A DNA stretch of 43,325 nucleotides from Spirochaetota bacterium (GCA_009778155.1 WRKI01000353.1:1-43325), one strand, 5' to 3'; shown: positions 11,017 to 20,116, counted from the stretch's first letter. Notes: generated by a model from the letters alone, not told the origin. Program-made: numbers and translations.

Positions 11017-11574
11017 TTAGGGGCTTGCCCCAATATACTCCCGGATGGCTTTTTTCATGGAGTCGAAGGCGATTTCCTCAAAGTCGATTTCTTGCGGCCT
11101 TAACAGCCGAATGCCGGCTACTTCGGACTGTTGCAGGCAAAAATCCTTTTCGCTAAGGCCGGCGGGTGCGGGCACCGAAAAAAACAAATCGCAAGTATTG
11201 TACACGATGTTTTTGTAGGGGTAGACATTGGGAAACGATGCGAAAAAACGAAAAGCCTTGGTCAAGGGCCTGTTTTCGTCAATGTGCGGAACCCAGCCGA
11301 TTTCTTCTTTTAGCTCCCTGTAAAGCCCTTCCAAAACGTTTTCGCCGGGGTCTACAAACCCGCCCGGCAAATCCAGCTTGCCCTTCATTGGCTCTTTGCC
11401 CCTTACCAAAAACAAAAGCCGCTGGCCGCCGTCTGTTTGGGGAATGCTTACAAGGCAGCCGGTTGCCGCCGCAACATTTTGGTAAAAAACAAAGCCGCAA
11501 TCGGGGCAAAAAAACCTCTTGTTTTTTTCAAAGCGAATTTTTTGGGATGCGCAAGAAGGGCAATAGTTAAACAT
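11017..11574 (-). CDS. NUDIX hydrolase with N-terminal zinc ribbon
   Basis: CPSC...CPDC; Nudix box GGFVDPGENVLEGLYRELKEEIG. Confidence 0.92.
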   Translation of the reverse strand: MFNYCPSCASQKIRFEKNKRFFCPDCGFVFYQNVAAATGCLVSIPQTDGGQRLLFLVRGKEPMKGKLDLPGGFVDPGENVLEGLYRELKEEIGWVPHIDENRPLTKAFRFFASFPNVYPYKNIVYNTCDLFFSVPAPAGLSEKDFCLQQSEVAGIRLLRPQEIDFEEIAFDSMKKAIREYIGASP

Positions 11575-11598
11575 TCTTACTTTGTGCCTCGATCCGCC

Positions 11599-12501
11599 TT
11601 ATTCCAACAACAAAGCGGCTTCCACCCGGTTTCTTCCGCTTTGCTTAGCTCTGTACAAGGCCTTGTCGGCCTCGTCGCAAAAATTGGTAAGATTGTCTTT
11701 TTCGGTGGGGTAAATTGTGGCAACCCCCAAGCTGATTGTTACGCTGGTAAAATGGCCAGCCCTGTGTTCCACCGGGGTATTTTCCGCAGTTTTTCTTAGC
11801 CTTTCGGCAATCGCCTGCGCGTTTGCCAGCGACGTGTTGGGCAAAAGCACCGCAAACTCTTCGCCGCCCCAACGGTAGACCGTGTCGGAAACGCTTGCTT
11901 TTAACGCGTTGGCAATAGTCGTAAGGCACACGTCCCCGCTTAAATGCCCGTAAGTGTCGTTAAAACTTTTGAACCTGTCAATGTCCAGCATTATAAGACT
12001 TATGCACAGGCCGTTATCTATGGCGTGCTCCCACGCTTGGTTTATATCAAGATTAAAAGTGTGCCGGTTGCAAATGCCGGTTAAGCTGTCAATCTTGGTG
12101 GATTCCTCCAACTGCCGCATTTGTTTTATCAGCTTCATTTGCGTGTGAATCCTAAGAAGCACGATTTCGTCTTTGAACGGCTTTGTTATGTAGTCCACAG
12201 CCCCTTCGGTAAGGCCGGTTATCTCGCTTTCAACCTCGTCCAGCGCCGTGATGAAAATTACCGGAATGCTTGTGGTTTTTTTTGACGCTTTAAGCTCCTT
12301 CAAAACATCAAAACCCGATTTGCCATCCATTAAAACGTCAAGCAAAATTAAATCCACTTCGTACTTTTCGGCAAGCTCCAGAGCCTTTTGACCGCCGGTA
12401 GCGACAATTAGGTTGTAGTGAGGCTGAAGTATCCTGACAAGACTGTGCAAGTGCATTGGAGTATCTTCTGCAATTAAAACGCTTTGCTTGCTTGTGCCCA
12501 T
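11599..12501 (-). CDS. Response-regulator diguanylate cyclase (REC-GGDEF)
   Basis: REC (LIAED, LILLDVLM, DYITKPF), DSLTG turn, DIDRFKSFNDTYGH, RWGGEEF, ADKALYRAK. Confidence 0.95.
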   Translation of the reverse strand: MGTSKQSVLIAEDTPMHLHSLVRILQPHYNLIVATGGQKALELAEKYEVDLILLDVLMDGKSGFDVLKELKASKKTTSIPVIFITALDEVESEITGLTEGAVDYITKPFKDEIVLLRIHTQMKLIKQMRQLEESTKIDSLTGICNRHTFNLDINQAWEHAIDNGLCISLIMLDIDRFKSFNDTYGHLSGDVCLTTIANALKASVSDTVYRWGGEEFAVLLPNTSLANAQAIAERLRKTAENTPVEHRAGHFTSVTISLGVATIYPTEKDNLTNFCDEADKALYRAKQSGRNRVEAALLLE

Positions 12502-12555
12502 AAAATCCCTTTCTCCTTCTTAAACTTACCGGCATTACTTGCCGCAATTTCCCAT

Positions 12556-13386
12556 TTAGCCGAACACCATTGCCGCATAGCCGACAAAGGTGTCGGGAAC
12601 CTGCTTTGCGGAATCCGCGCTTGTGGCGTATTCCAACAGCCTAGCCTTTGGCAGACCGGCGGCCTGGGCAAAGCCCATCGCGCCAAGAACCGCCCCCGAC
12701 GAACAACTGGCTTTGTTCGCTTCCCCCAGTTTTAATACCGCGCTTGGCTCCCCTCTTTCCACGGCGCGGATAAAGTTTTTATCGTTTACATCTTTTACCC
12801 ATTGTAACGCCTTTTCGCTGTTTTCCAGCGGGGTAAAACCGAAGTTTTTACCCCAGTGGGTTAAATCTGCCGAAGCCAAAACATTAATTTTGCGCTTTAG
12901 TTTTTTCGCAGCCGCTTCGATCGTTTGCCCGGCGGCAAAAGAAGAAGCATCCGCACCCAATCTCAGCCAAAGAACCTTGGCATTTGGAAAGAAAAAGTGA
13001 AGCATTGGCAGCAAAACTTCGATTGTGTTGTCCCTAAAGCGGTCTTCCCCGTAGGAACCCTCCGCTAATACTTCCATTATAGCACTTCTTAGTTCTTTGT
13101 CAACCGGCATTGCGCCAAAAGGCGTGCGCAGGGCATCTTCCATTGCAAAAAGCGCGGGGCTTTCCCCCGGCAAGTGCCCGCCCAGAACAGCCAGCGTTTC
13201 TGCATCGCGCTCCAGATTGCAAAGGGCAAGCGCCGCCAGCCGCCCGGAGTAAGCCCAGCCGGCATGGGGCGCGATTGCCGCCCGCGCCTGCCCTTCTTGT
13301 TTTGAAAAGCCCGACAGAAAGCCGGCAACCTTGTTTGGGTCTTTGGGATACCAGCCTTCTGCAAGCGAATATTCTCTAACTTGCAT
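12556..13386 (-). CDS. amrB: AmmeMemoRadiSam system protein B (MEMO1 family)
   Basis: GWYP, IAPHAGWAYSG, DNTIEV, ASADLTHWG and C-terminal VGYAA motifs. Confidence 0.88.
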   Translation of the reverse strand: MQVREYSLAEGWYPKDPNKVAGFLSGFSKQEGQARAAIAPHAGWAYSGRLAALALCNLERDAETLAVLGGHLPGESPALFAMEDALRTPFGAMPVDKELRSAIMEVLAEGSYGEDRFRDNTIEVLLPMLHFFFPNAKVLWLRLGADASSFAAGQTIEAAAKKLKRKINVLASADLTHWGKNFGFTPLENSEKALQWVKDVNDKNFIRAVERGEPSAVLKLGEANKASCSSGAVLGAMGFAQAAGLPKARLLEYATSADSAKQVPDTFVGYAAMVFG

Positions 13387-13513
13387 TTTTTCTCCTACTG
13401 TTTGTATAAATCTTAGCCGATAATCATCATAACCAACAAGTCCGTCGCAGCGTTGGGAACTGCGCTTAGGCAGAACGCCGGCACAAGGAATTTATATTGA
13501 GGCTGTATATCGT

Positions 13514-14788
13514 ATGAAAGTGCAAAAGAACCGTATCATGGGCAAATCATCGCCTGTTGGAGCAATTATTGCCTCGGTTTGCATTGTTGTTTATTGTATC
13601 GCCATTGTTTCGGCGGCAGTTCGTATTTTTATAAGCATAGACCAGCGCCGGGACATTGCCGAGCGCGAATTTACTCATATTGCCGATGTCGCATCCTTTG
13701 CCGGGGCGCAGGGTCTTACGGAAGCGTCTTTTGTCCAAACGATGAATGACCTTCTTATCTCTTCCAGCACGATAGAAGCGATTATTATTTCGGCGCCGGA
13801 AGGGCATTTCGCTTTTGAGCGTCAGCAGTATCGTTCTGTTCGGTGGGCGAATAACGCCCCGCAATTTATAAGAAGGTTCGATAATTTTCAAGCGATGTTC
13901 AGGCCGCTTCCCGGTTTGGGCAATGTGAATATGCAGGGCGTGGCGGCTGCTCTGGATTACGCGCATATTAGCAGTATTCTTGGGCAAACTTTGATTATCA
14001 TTATGAGCGGGCTTGCCTTGGCTTTTTTTACCTTGCTTATGGAATTTCTGCTTGTTAAGCAGGCGGCCGACAACAGAGCGTCTCTTTTTCCCGACTCTCA
14101 TTCTCATAAAAGAAGTTTTGCAGAAAGAAGGCGCGCTCCTGCTGGCGCCGGGGCTGCTGCGGGGGCGGGGGTTGCCGCTTCCCGGCTTTATCCGGAGGTG
14201 GAGCGGGAAGAGGTTAAAGAAGAGATCAAGGAAGAAGAGCTTGCAGCCGATCCGCCGGAAGGTCCGGAGCCGTACAAAAAGGCCGACTCAAAAGGGCTTT
14301 ATTCGCCCAGGGCAAATATTGGCTGGGAGGAGCACGCAAGCGACAAGCTTGAGGCCGAGCTTCATCGCTGTTCGTCTTCCGAGTTGGATTTAATTCTTGT
14401 GGCAATGGAGTTCAAGAGTATTTCCGACGACGGTTTTTTAAAGATGTTTGCCAGCGATGCCGCTGTTTTTTTTGGCGGTCGGGATGTGCTTTTTGAAAAA
14501 GGCGACCGGGGTATTTTTGCAATTACGCCTTCGGTTAGTTTGGAAAAAGGTGTGGCTATGGCGGAGCAGTTCCACAAGCAGGTGTCAGAGCGGTATTCCC
14601 ACGCATTGTCTGCCGGCGACTTGCACATTGGCATTACTTCCCGCCGGGAAAGGCTGGTTACTGCCGAGCGCATGATGATAGAAGCCAACGAAGCTCTTAG
14701 ACGGGCAAAGGCCGAAAATGTCCCCATTCTGGCCTTCAAAAGCGACCCAGACAAATACAGGGCTTTTATAAGCAAAAACGCAAAATAA
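13514..14788 (+). CDS. Two-TM membrane protein with a degenerate C-terminal GGDEF-like domain
   Basis: Two hydrophobic segments, acidic linker, KLEAELHR...LILVAM, FEKGDRG in place of GGDEF, HIGITSR, EANEALRRAK. Confidence 0.7.
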   Translation: MKVQKNRIMGKSSPVGAIIASVCIVVYCIAIVSAAVRIFISIDQRRDIAEREFTHIADVASFAGAQGLTEASFVQTMNDLLISSSTIEAIIISAPEGHFAFERQQYRSVRWANNAPQFIRRFDNFQAMFRPLPGLGNVNMQGVAAALDYAHISSILGQTLIIIMSGLALAFFTLLMEFLLVKQAADNRASLFPDSHSHKRSFAERRRAPAGAGAAAGAGVAASRLYPEVEREEVKEEIKEEELAADPPEGPEPYKKADSKGLYSPRANIGWEEHASDKLEAELHRCSSSELDLILVAMEFKSISDDGFLKMFASDAAVFFGGRDVLFEKGDRGIFAITPSVSLEKGVAMAEQFHKQVSERYSHALSAGDLHIGITSRRERLVTAERMMIEANEALRRAKAENVPILAFKSDPDKYRAFISKNAK

Positions 14789-14795
14789 AAGCCCC

Positions 14796-15065
14796 CGGCA
14801 CGATAAACGCATGAATGCTCGAGCTTCGGAATTTACTCCCATTTTTATCACACGGAGGCACAAAGGCGCAAAGGCACAAAGCACTGATTAGAAAGTTCTG
14901 TTTCATTCCTACTTCTTCCTTCCGCTCTTATGTTCGATAATGATACAAAAGGAAGGCGCGGGCTTACCGTAGCTCAATCCTAACCTTTGTGCCTTCGTGT
15001 CTTTGTGCCTTTGTGTGAGTTAAATTGGGAGTAAATTCAGAGGCTCGAGCATTCATACGTTTGCC
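14796..15065. mobile_element. MITE/REPIN-like non-coding element with long terminal inverted repeats, copy 1
   Basis: AAACGCATGAATGCTCGAGC..GAATTTACTCCCA..(CACAAAGG)n at the left is mirrored by (CCTTTGTG)n..TGGGAGTAAATTC..GCTCGAGCATTCATACGTTT at the right; homologous to 37689-37925. Mobility is inferred. Confidence 0.7.
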
Positions 15066-15090
15066 AGGGGCGGGGCTGGGGGGTGTTGTT

Positions 15091-16830
15091 TTACAGAAAA
15101 CTTAAAAGCATTTGGACAACTTTTTCCATGTCTATAGGTTTGGCTAAGTGGCCGTTCATACCGGCGGCGAAGCATTTGTCTATGTCGTCTTTGAACACAT
15201 TTGCAGTCATGGCAATAATCGGCACGGAGGCGGCCTTGGCAAAACCCAGATCGCGAATCATCTTCGTGGTTTGCAGCCCGTCGATTTCCGGCATTTGCAC
15301 ATCCATAAGAATAAAATCGCAAGAGTCGGCGTTTTCGACAAACAAATCTACCGCCTGCTTGCCGCTTAACGCCGTAATCGTTTTTAAGTTTACACTTTCC
15401 AAAAGCGCCACCGCTATTTCCAAGTTTATTTCGATGTCGTCCACAACAAGCACAGTTTGCCCCGAAAACCCCCCATCGTCTTCCTGCCGGCTGGCATCTG
15501 TAAAAGATTCTTCCGTTGGACTCGCCGCGACATTGTCTGCCACACTGTCTGCGGCAACAGAAAGAGGCACGACAAAAATAAACTCCGAGCCGTTCCCTTT
15601 TTCGCTTTTAACCCAAATTTGGCCGCCCATCATTTTGAGCAGACTCTTTGAGATGACAAGCCCAAGCCCGCTCCCGCCAAACTTGCGGGAAATGTCCGAT
15701 TCCGCCTGTTGAAACGCGGTAAACAATTTTAGCTGTTCCTCTTGAGTCATGCCAATCCCGGAATCCTTTACGGAAAACTGAAGAGTGCATTTGTTATCTT
15801 CGCCTTGCGGTTCCAACAGCTTTGCCGACAATACAATTTCGCCTTCTTCGTGAGTAAACTTTGTCGCGTTTGATAAAAGATTCGTTATCACCTGCATCAG
15901 ACGCTGATCGTCCCCGTGCAAGCGCCGGGGGATTTCGGGATCAATATTGACGAAAAACAACTGTTTTTTGTTATGAATGTGGATAGCGGAAACACTTGAA
16001 ACCTTGTCGATCATGTCTTCTAGATCGAAGTCGATAAGCGAAAGCTCCATTTTGCCCGACTCGATTTTGGAAATATCCAAAATGTCGTTGATAATCCCCA
16101 GCAAAAAATTCGCCGCCTTTTCGATTTTTTCCAAGGCCGTTTCTTTACCGCTAAGAGTCTTTTCCAGCTTTCCCACGGCAGTCATGCCAATAATGGCATT
16201 CATGGGAGTCCTTATTTCGTGGCTCATATTGGAAAGAAAAGTGCTTTTTGCGGTGTTTGCCGCCCAAGCCTCTTCCTGCGAGCGTTTTAAGCTGGTTACA
16301 TCGTGGAACAGAAGCATTATGCCACTGCTTTTTTGCTCCTCGTCATTCATGGGGACAATTAACCCGGCAAAATCCAAACTGTCCCCGCTAAAGTAAAAAC
16401 TTAAATCCAGCGAAAGAGGCACGTTGGTTAAAAAGGCCTTCCTAGCCTGCTCTAAAAGCATTTCGTGGGAGTCGGCCTCCATAAAAGGCGAAAGAATGTC
16501 GGCCAAAGGCTGCCCCAAAACATCCGTTATTTTGGCAAATTTTGCGACACTGACAAAATAGTCCGTGCAAAATTCGATCCTTCCCACCTGATTTACAAAC
16601 AGAATGATGCTGGGCGAATTTGCAAGAAGGAGCATTAAATACCGCTCCCGCTCGCGTTGCAGGAAGGTCGTCGCCCTGTGCTCGTTGAGAACCGTTGTGT
16701 AAGCGCTTTTTTCAAGAGCAAGCGACTGCTTTAAATGCGAAACCTCGCGCTTTAGTATACGGTTTTCGCGTTGCAGTTCCCTTACCTGCTCTTGATATTT
16801 TTTTTCAAGGTTTTCATCCTGCAACGCCAT
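15091..16830 (-). CDS. Cytoplasmic hybrid sensor histidine kinase (coiled coil, PAS-like, HisKA, HATPase, REC)
   Basis: FLSNMSHEIRTPMNAI H-box, NLLSNATKFT N-box, DSGIG, GGSGLGL, C-terminal REC (VVDD, MDVQMP, AKP). Confidence 0.95.
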   Translation of the reverse strand: MALQDENLEKKYQEQVRELQRENRILKREVSHLKQSLALEKSAYTTVLNEHRATTFLQRERERYLMLLLANSPSIILFVNQVGRIEFCTDYFVSVAKFAKITDVLGQPLADILSPFMEADSHEMLLEQARKAFLTNVPLSLDLSFYFSGDSLDFAGLIVPMNDEEQKSSGIMLLFHDVTSLKRSQEEAWAANTAKSTFLSNMSHEIRTPMNAIIGMTAVGKLEKTLSGKETALEKIEKAANFLLGIINDILDISKIESGKMELSLIDFDLEDMIDKVSSVSAIHIHNKKQLFFVNIDPEIPRRLHGDDQRLMQVITNLLSNATKFTHEEGEIVLSAKLLEPQGEDNKCTLQFSVKDSGIGMTQEEQLKLFTAFQQAESDISRKFGGSGLGLVISKSLLKMMGGQIWVKSEKGNGSEFIFVVPLSVAADSVADNVAASPTEESFTDASRQEDDGGFSGQTVLVVDDIEINLEIAVALLESVNLKTITALSGKQAVDLFVENADSCDFILMDVQMPEIDGLQTTKMIRDLGFAKAASVPIIAMTANVFKDDIDKCFAAGMNGHLAKPIDMEKVVQMLLSFL

Positions 16831-16947
16831 TTTTTCCCCTCAACGACTTAAATCTCGCCCCTCATTGAATTTGTTTGGAAACCCGCCGCTTGGGATTTAG
16901 CCCAAACATGATTTCCCGGCCTGACAAGTTGAAACACACGGAATTTT

Positions 16948-16988
16948 GGCAACCTCCAAAAACCCAGATGGGGTTTTTGGAGGTTGCC
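16948..16988. repeat. REP-like hairpin, family B
   Basis: Perfect 18-bp arms GGCAACCTCCAAAAACCC-agatg-GGGTTTTTGGAGGTTGCC; related to 17990-18024. Confidence 0.8.
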
Positions 16989-17127
16989 CTTTGCTGTTTT
17001 TTCGGCAGAAGCTTTTTTGAATGGCTCGATTGAACCTGTTTTTGACGCTCCCTCCTTTTAAGTAAAACTATATCAAATTTTCAAAGCCTTGTGTAGCTCT
17101 AGACCCGGTGAAGGTTTCAGTGTTTAC

Positions 17128-17982
17128 CTACATTCCGCACTTTTTCGCCCAAAAATACATTGCAAGGCCAAAAACAACCGACACATTAAGCGACCCCTTA
17201 GCCCCGCAAGAGGGAACGCTAACCCTGCCAAGAGAAGCGTCCGCTGCGGCCAGAGTCTTGGGATTCACCCCCAGCTCTTCCGAGCCAACCACCAAAATAC
17301 CCTGCCGGGGGAAGGGGAAGTCCTCCAAAGGCACACCGCCAGTTTCCAGCGCGAAAATCGGCAAAAGGCCGCATTCATGGCTGCCTTCCCGGCCTGCATC
17401 CAGAAGATTCAGCCTTTTCCAAGGCAATACCTCCACACAGCCCATCGCACTGCGCCTTGAGCGGGGGTGCATTGGGTCGGCGCACAAGGGCGAAACGAAC
17501 ACATTGTGCGCCCCAAAAGATTCCGCCGTGCGGAACATTGCCCCGACATTGAACGGCGAGCGAATATCCTCCAGATAGACGTTCATGCCGGGGAAACTGC
17601 TCCGGCGCGAAGCGTCCAAAACGCCGTTTTGCCCGATAAAATCCCAGTCGGCAACACTTCGGCCTGTTTCCGTAATGATAATGTGGCGAATTGTATTGAA
17701 AGCCCGGGCAAGCGACAGGGCATTTTCTGCGGGGCGGCTTAAAACCAAGGCCGCGTCTTTTAAGGCGCTTGCAACGGCGCCTTGAAAAAACGTGTCTTTT
17801 TGCAAAAGCCCGGCAAGGTCGGAAAAAAAAGCAAGCTCAAGTCCGGAAAAAACATTTGTAGAGACACATTCATTGCCACAATTTTGCCCTGCCAGCCTGT
17901 TTTCAGCCTCGCTAAAGACTTTTTCGATTTTCCGCAAACGCTGATTACGGGGCAACCTTTCAATTTTGTGCAAATTCAACAA
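17128..17982 (-). CDS. TrmH/SpoU family RNA methyltransferase
   Basis: LEDIRSPFNVGAMFRTAESFG, VVGSEELG and SLNVSV SPOUT motifs. Confidence 0.92.
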   Translation of the reverse strand: MLNLHKIERLPRNQRLRKIEKVFSEAENRLAGQNCGNECVSTNVFSGLELAFFSDLAGLLQKDTFFQGAVASALKDAALVLSRPAENALSLARAFNTIRHIIITETGRSVADWDFIGQNGVLDASRRSSFPGMNVYLEDIRSPFNVGAMFRTAESFGAHNVFVSPLCADPMHPRSRRSAMGCVEVLPWKRLNLLDAGREGSHECGLLPIFALETGGVPLEDFPFPRQGILVVGSEELGVNPKTLAAADASLGRVSVPSCGAKGSLNVSVVFGLAMYFWAKKCGM

Positions 17983-17989
17983 AAGTAAT

Positions 17990-18024
17990 AACCTCTAAAA
18001 CCCAAACAAGGGTTCTTAGAGGTT
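17990..18024. repeat. REP-like hairpin, family B (degenerate)
   Basis: AACCTCTAAAACCC-aaacaa-GGGTTCTTAGAGGTT. Confidence 0.6.
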
Positions 18025-18065
18025 TTCGCCATTTCGTCTAAAAGCCACTTTTGGGCAAGCTCCAG

Positions 18066-18353
18066 TTACGCGCCGTTAAAAGCACTCAGTATTCTTTCCG
18101 CAGTAATATTAATGACACCTTCGTTAATATACGCCGGATCATTTATCTTTTGCCTAAGCTCTGCAATCCGAATTTCGCTCATTTCCGGGACAGCCTTTAC
18201 AAGCTCTATTATCTGGTGCGCCTCTGCTCTTTGCAAGGCTTCAGAAGAAAGGTTGATAGAGTCCGCTGTATAAATCCCTGTAACAGGGTTATTTCGCTCG
18301 GCCTTTTTTCCGGGTTGAATAGGTTCCAGTTGGTCTATCTTGCTGATTGTCAT
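18066..18353 (-). CDS. flgM: Anti-sigma28 factor FlgM
   Basis: 95 aa; DSINLSSEA and C-terminal RIAELRQKINDPAY resemble FlgM; sigma28-type promoter upstream. Confidence 0.8.
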   Translation of the reverse strand: MTISKIDQLEPIQPGKKAERNNPVTGIYTADSINLSSEALQRAEAHQIIELVKAVPEMSEIRIAELRQKINDPAYINEGVINITAERILSAFNGA

Positions 18354-18573
18354 ATTTCACATCCTACCTGTTATATCTTGGCAACTGCCAATTAACCCCC
18401 CAACGTATGCTTACTAACGACTGCCGGTGCCTGCTTGCGCCCGAAACCCGCAATCGGGTAAAGGCAGCGGTTTGGCGTTAACCTGCAACCCTGCGGATAC
18501 TTGACCCGCTTGGCTGCCTCCTAATACCTTGTCTGTTCCAGTTGACAACTGGACTTCCCCACTGCTTATATAA

Positions 18574-18600
18574 TTATCGACAACTATATCCTATATATTA
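18574..18600 (-). promoter_or_regulatory. Sigma28 (FliA)-type promoter for flgM
   Basis: Minus strand TAAT, 15 nt, GTCGATAA versus consensus TAAA-N15-GCCGATAA. Confidence 0.65.
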
Positions 18601-18604
18601 TTAG

Positions 18605-19285
18605 CTATTTCAACATTTTTCCAGATATGAACACCGAAAATTCGCCGATTTGTTCTTTTTTTTCGCTCAAGGCGGCCAAAACCCCCGACGCTTCCCCCCG
18701 GACATACTCTTCGTGCAATTTTGTCATCTCCCGGCCTACGCAAAGGTAGCGGTTACCGTCAATTTCGGCAATATCCGCCAGCAACTTTAGCACCCGGAAG
18801 GGCGATTCATAAAGAACGATGCCCGCATCCTGCGCCATAAGTTCTTGCAGGCGTTTTTTCCGCCTGCCGGCCTTGGGCGACAAAAAACCTTCAAATATAA
18901 TGGTTTTGTCCATGCCGCCGCAAACGCTTAAAAGGGCGGCAAAGGCCGAAGGGCCAGGAATGGGGATAACGTCGTGCCCGGCCGCCGCCGCAAGGCCGGC
19001 AAGCGCGGCCCCCGGATCACTAAGGGCGGGCGTGCCGGCATCGCTGGCGTAGGCCACCGTCAAGCCCTCGTTTAGGGCGGCGATAACCTTTTGCGCCGCC
19101 GCTTTTTCGTTTTGGGCGCGGCAGGAAAGCATTTTTACCCGGATGCCCAAATGATTAAGCAGCTTTAGCGTGCGGCGGGTGTCCTCGCAGGCCAGCAAAT
19201 CGGCTTTTTTCAAGATTTCGACAGCCCGAAAGCTAATATCCCCCAAGTTTCCTATGGGAGTGCCGATAATATACAAAGTTGCCAT
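18605..19285 (-). CDS. rsmI: 16S rRNA (cytidine1402-2'-O)-methyltransferase
   Basis: LYIIGTPIGNLGDIS, ACEDTR, SDAGTPALSDPG, YESPFR, REMTKLHEE. Confidence 0.96.
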   Translation of the reverse strand: MATLYIIGTPIGNLGDISFRAVEILKKADLLACEDTRRTLKLLNHLGIRVKMLSCRAQNEKAAAQKVIAALNEGLTVAYASDAGTPALSDPGAALAGLAAAAGHDVIPIPGPSAFAALLSVCGGMDKTIIFEGFLSPKAGRRKKRLQELMAQDAGIVLYESPFRVLKLLADIAEIDGNRYLCVGREMTKLHEEYVRGEASGVLAALSEKKEQIGEFSVFISGKMLK

Positions 19286-19298
19286 TGTTTTCTCCTTG

Positions 19299-19342
19299 GG
19301 AAGCGGCGATTAAATCACCAATAAGGTTTAATCGCCGCTTCC
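19299..19342. repeat. Perfect 16-bp inverted repeat (family A-like hairpin) just upstream of the rsmI RBS
   Basis: GGAAGCGGCGATTAAA-12 nt-TTTAATCGCCGCTTCC. Confidence 0.75.
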
Positions 19343-19491
19343 TACCCATGTTTGGGGCGCGGAAAGCGGCGGCTTCATGTGGAAATTATAGCAGAGGCCG
19401 GGCATCTGTGGAAGCCCTTGGGAGCCACTTGGCCGAATTTGCGGATTTTTCAGAAAAAAAAATTATTTTTGAAAAATTTGTTGAATTCTAC

Positions 19492-19520
19492 TTGACACAA
19501 AATGAGGGATTTGCTAGACT
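19492..19520 (+). promoter_or_regulatory. Sigma70 promoter for the tRNA-Thr/rpmG operon
   Basis: TTGACA, 17 nt, TAGACT with a TG extension; AT-rich upstream tract. Confidence 0.75.
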
Positions 19521-19638
19521 TTCTTACAATATCTTGACAAAATCGGGGAGAGCCATCGGGAACCTGCGGTTTCCGGTGGAAAGCCGGTGGAACCCGGCTT
19601 TTGCGGGCTGTCCCGTGGGTGATTTTGTCGGGTAAAAC

Positions 19639-19711
19639 GCCCTTGTAGCTCAGTCGGTAGAGCACATCCATGGTAAGGATGCGGTCAGCGGTTCGATTCC
19701 GCTCGAGGGCT
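19639..19711 (+). tRNA. tRNA-Thr (GGT)
   Basis: GCCCTTG acceptor pairs with CGAGGGC; D arm AGCTCAGTCGGTAGAGC; anticodon arm CATCC-ATGGTAA-GGATG; GGTTCGATTCC T arm; CCA not encoded. Confidence 0.96.
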
Positions 19712-19792
19712 GCTGGCGGGGTATGGGAACGCTTGGTTTCCGTACAGCGCAGGGTAACATTCAGGGCTTTGCCCCTTTGGAAGAGGTTTTTT

Positions 19793-19969
19793 ATGGCAAA
19801 AAGCAAGAAAAATGTGGTGGAGCTAATCGCCTTGCAGTGCGGTGAGTGCAAGCGGCGCAATTATACCACGTCGAAAAACAGGCGGAACATTCAGGAAAAG
19901 CTGGAGTTCAAGAAATACTGTCCGCACGACCGCAAGCATACGCCTCACAAAGAGTGCAAGGTTAAGTAG
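19793..19969 (+). CDS. rpmG: 50S ribosomal protein L33
   Basis: [32 protein letters not shown]...LEFKKYCP; GAGG RBS; the true start is inside the track ORF 19670-19969. Confidence 0.96.
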   Translation: MAKSKKNVVELIALQCGECKRRNYTTSKNRRNIQEKLEFKKYCPHDRKHTPHKECKVK

Positions 19970-20043
19970 CCGGGCGGCGTGTGGGTCGGGCAATGCGGTG
20001 CGCCTTACCCGGCGCGCCTTGCCCGGTATTGAGTCCTTTTATT

Positions 20044-20116
20044 AGGCGTGTAGCTCAGTTGGTAGAGCGACGGTCTCCAAAACCGTAGGTCGCGGGTTCG
20101 AAGCCTGCCGCGCCTG
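20044..20116 (+). tRNA. tRNA-Trp (CCA)
   Basis: AGGCGTG/CGCGCCT acceptor; anticodon arm ACGGT-CTCCAAA-ACCGT; GGTTCGAAGCC T arm; canonical position before secE. Confidence 0.96.

Noticed and set aside
14860-15020. CRISPR array
   Set aside because: The repeats are 8-bp tandem units in inverted arms with no unique spacers; no cas genes.
16900-17070. SAM-I riboswitch upstream of the hybrid kinase (GCAACC...GGTTGCC..AATTCC on the minus strand)
   Set aside because: The match comes from the family-B hairpin; the P1 ATC/GAT and pseudoknot elements are missing.
19712-19792. Missing tuf between tRNA-Thr and rpmG
   Set aside because: tuf location varies and is elsewhere in treponemes; no remnant is visible.
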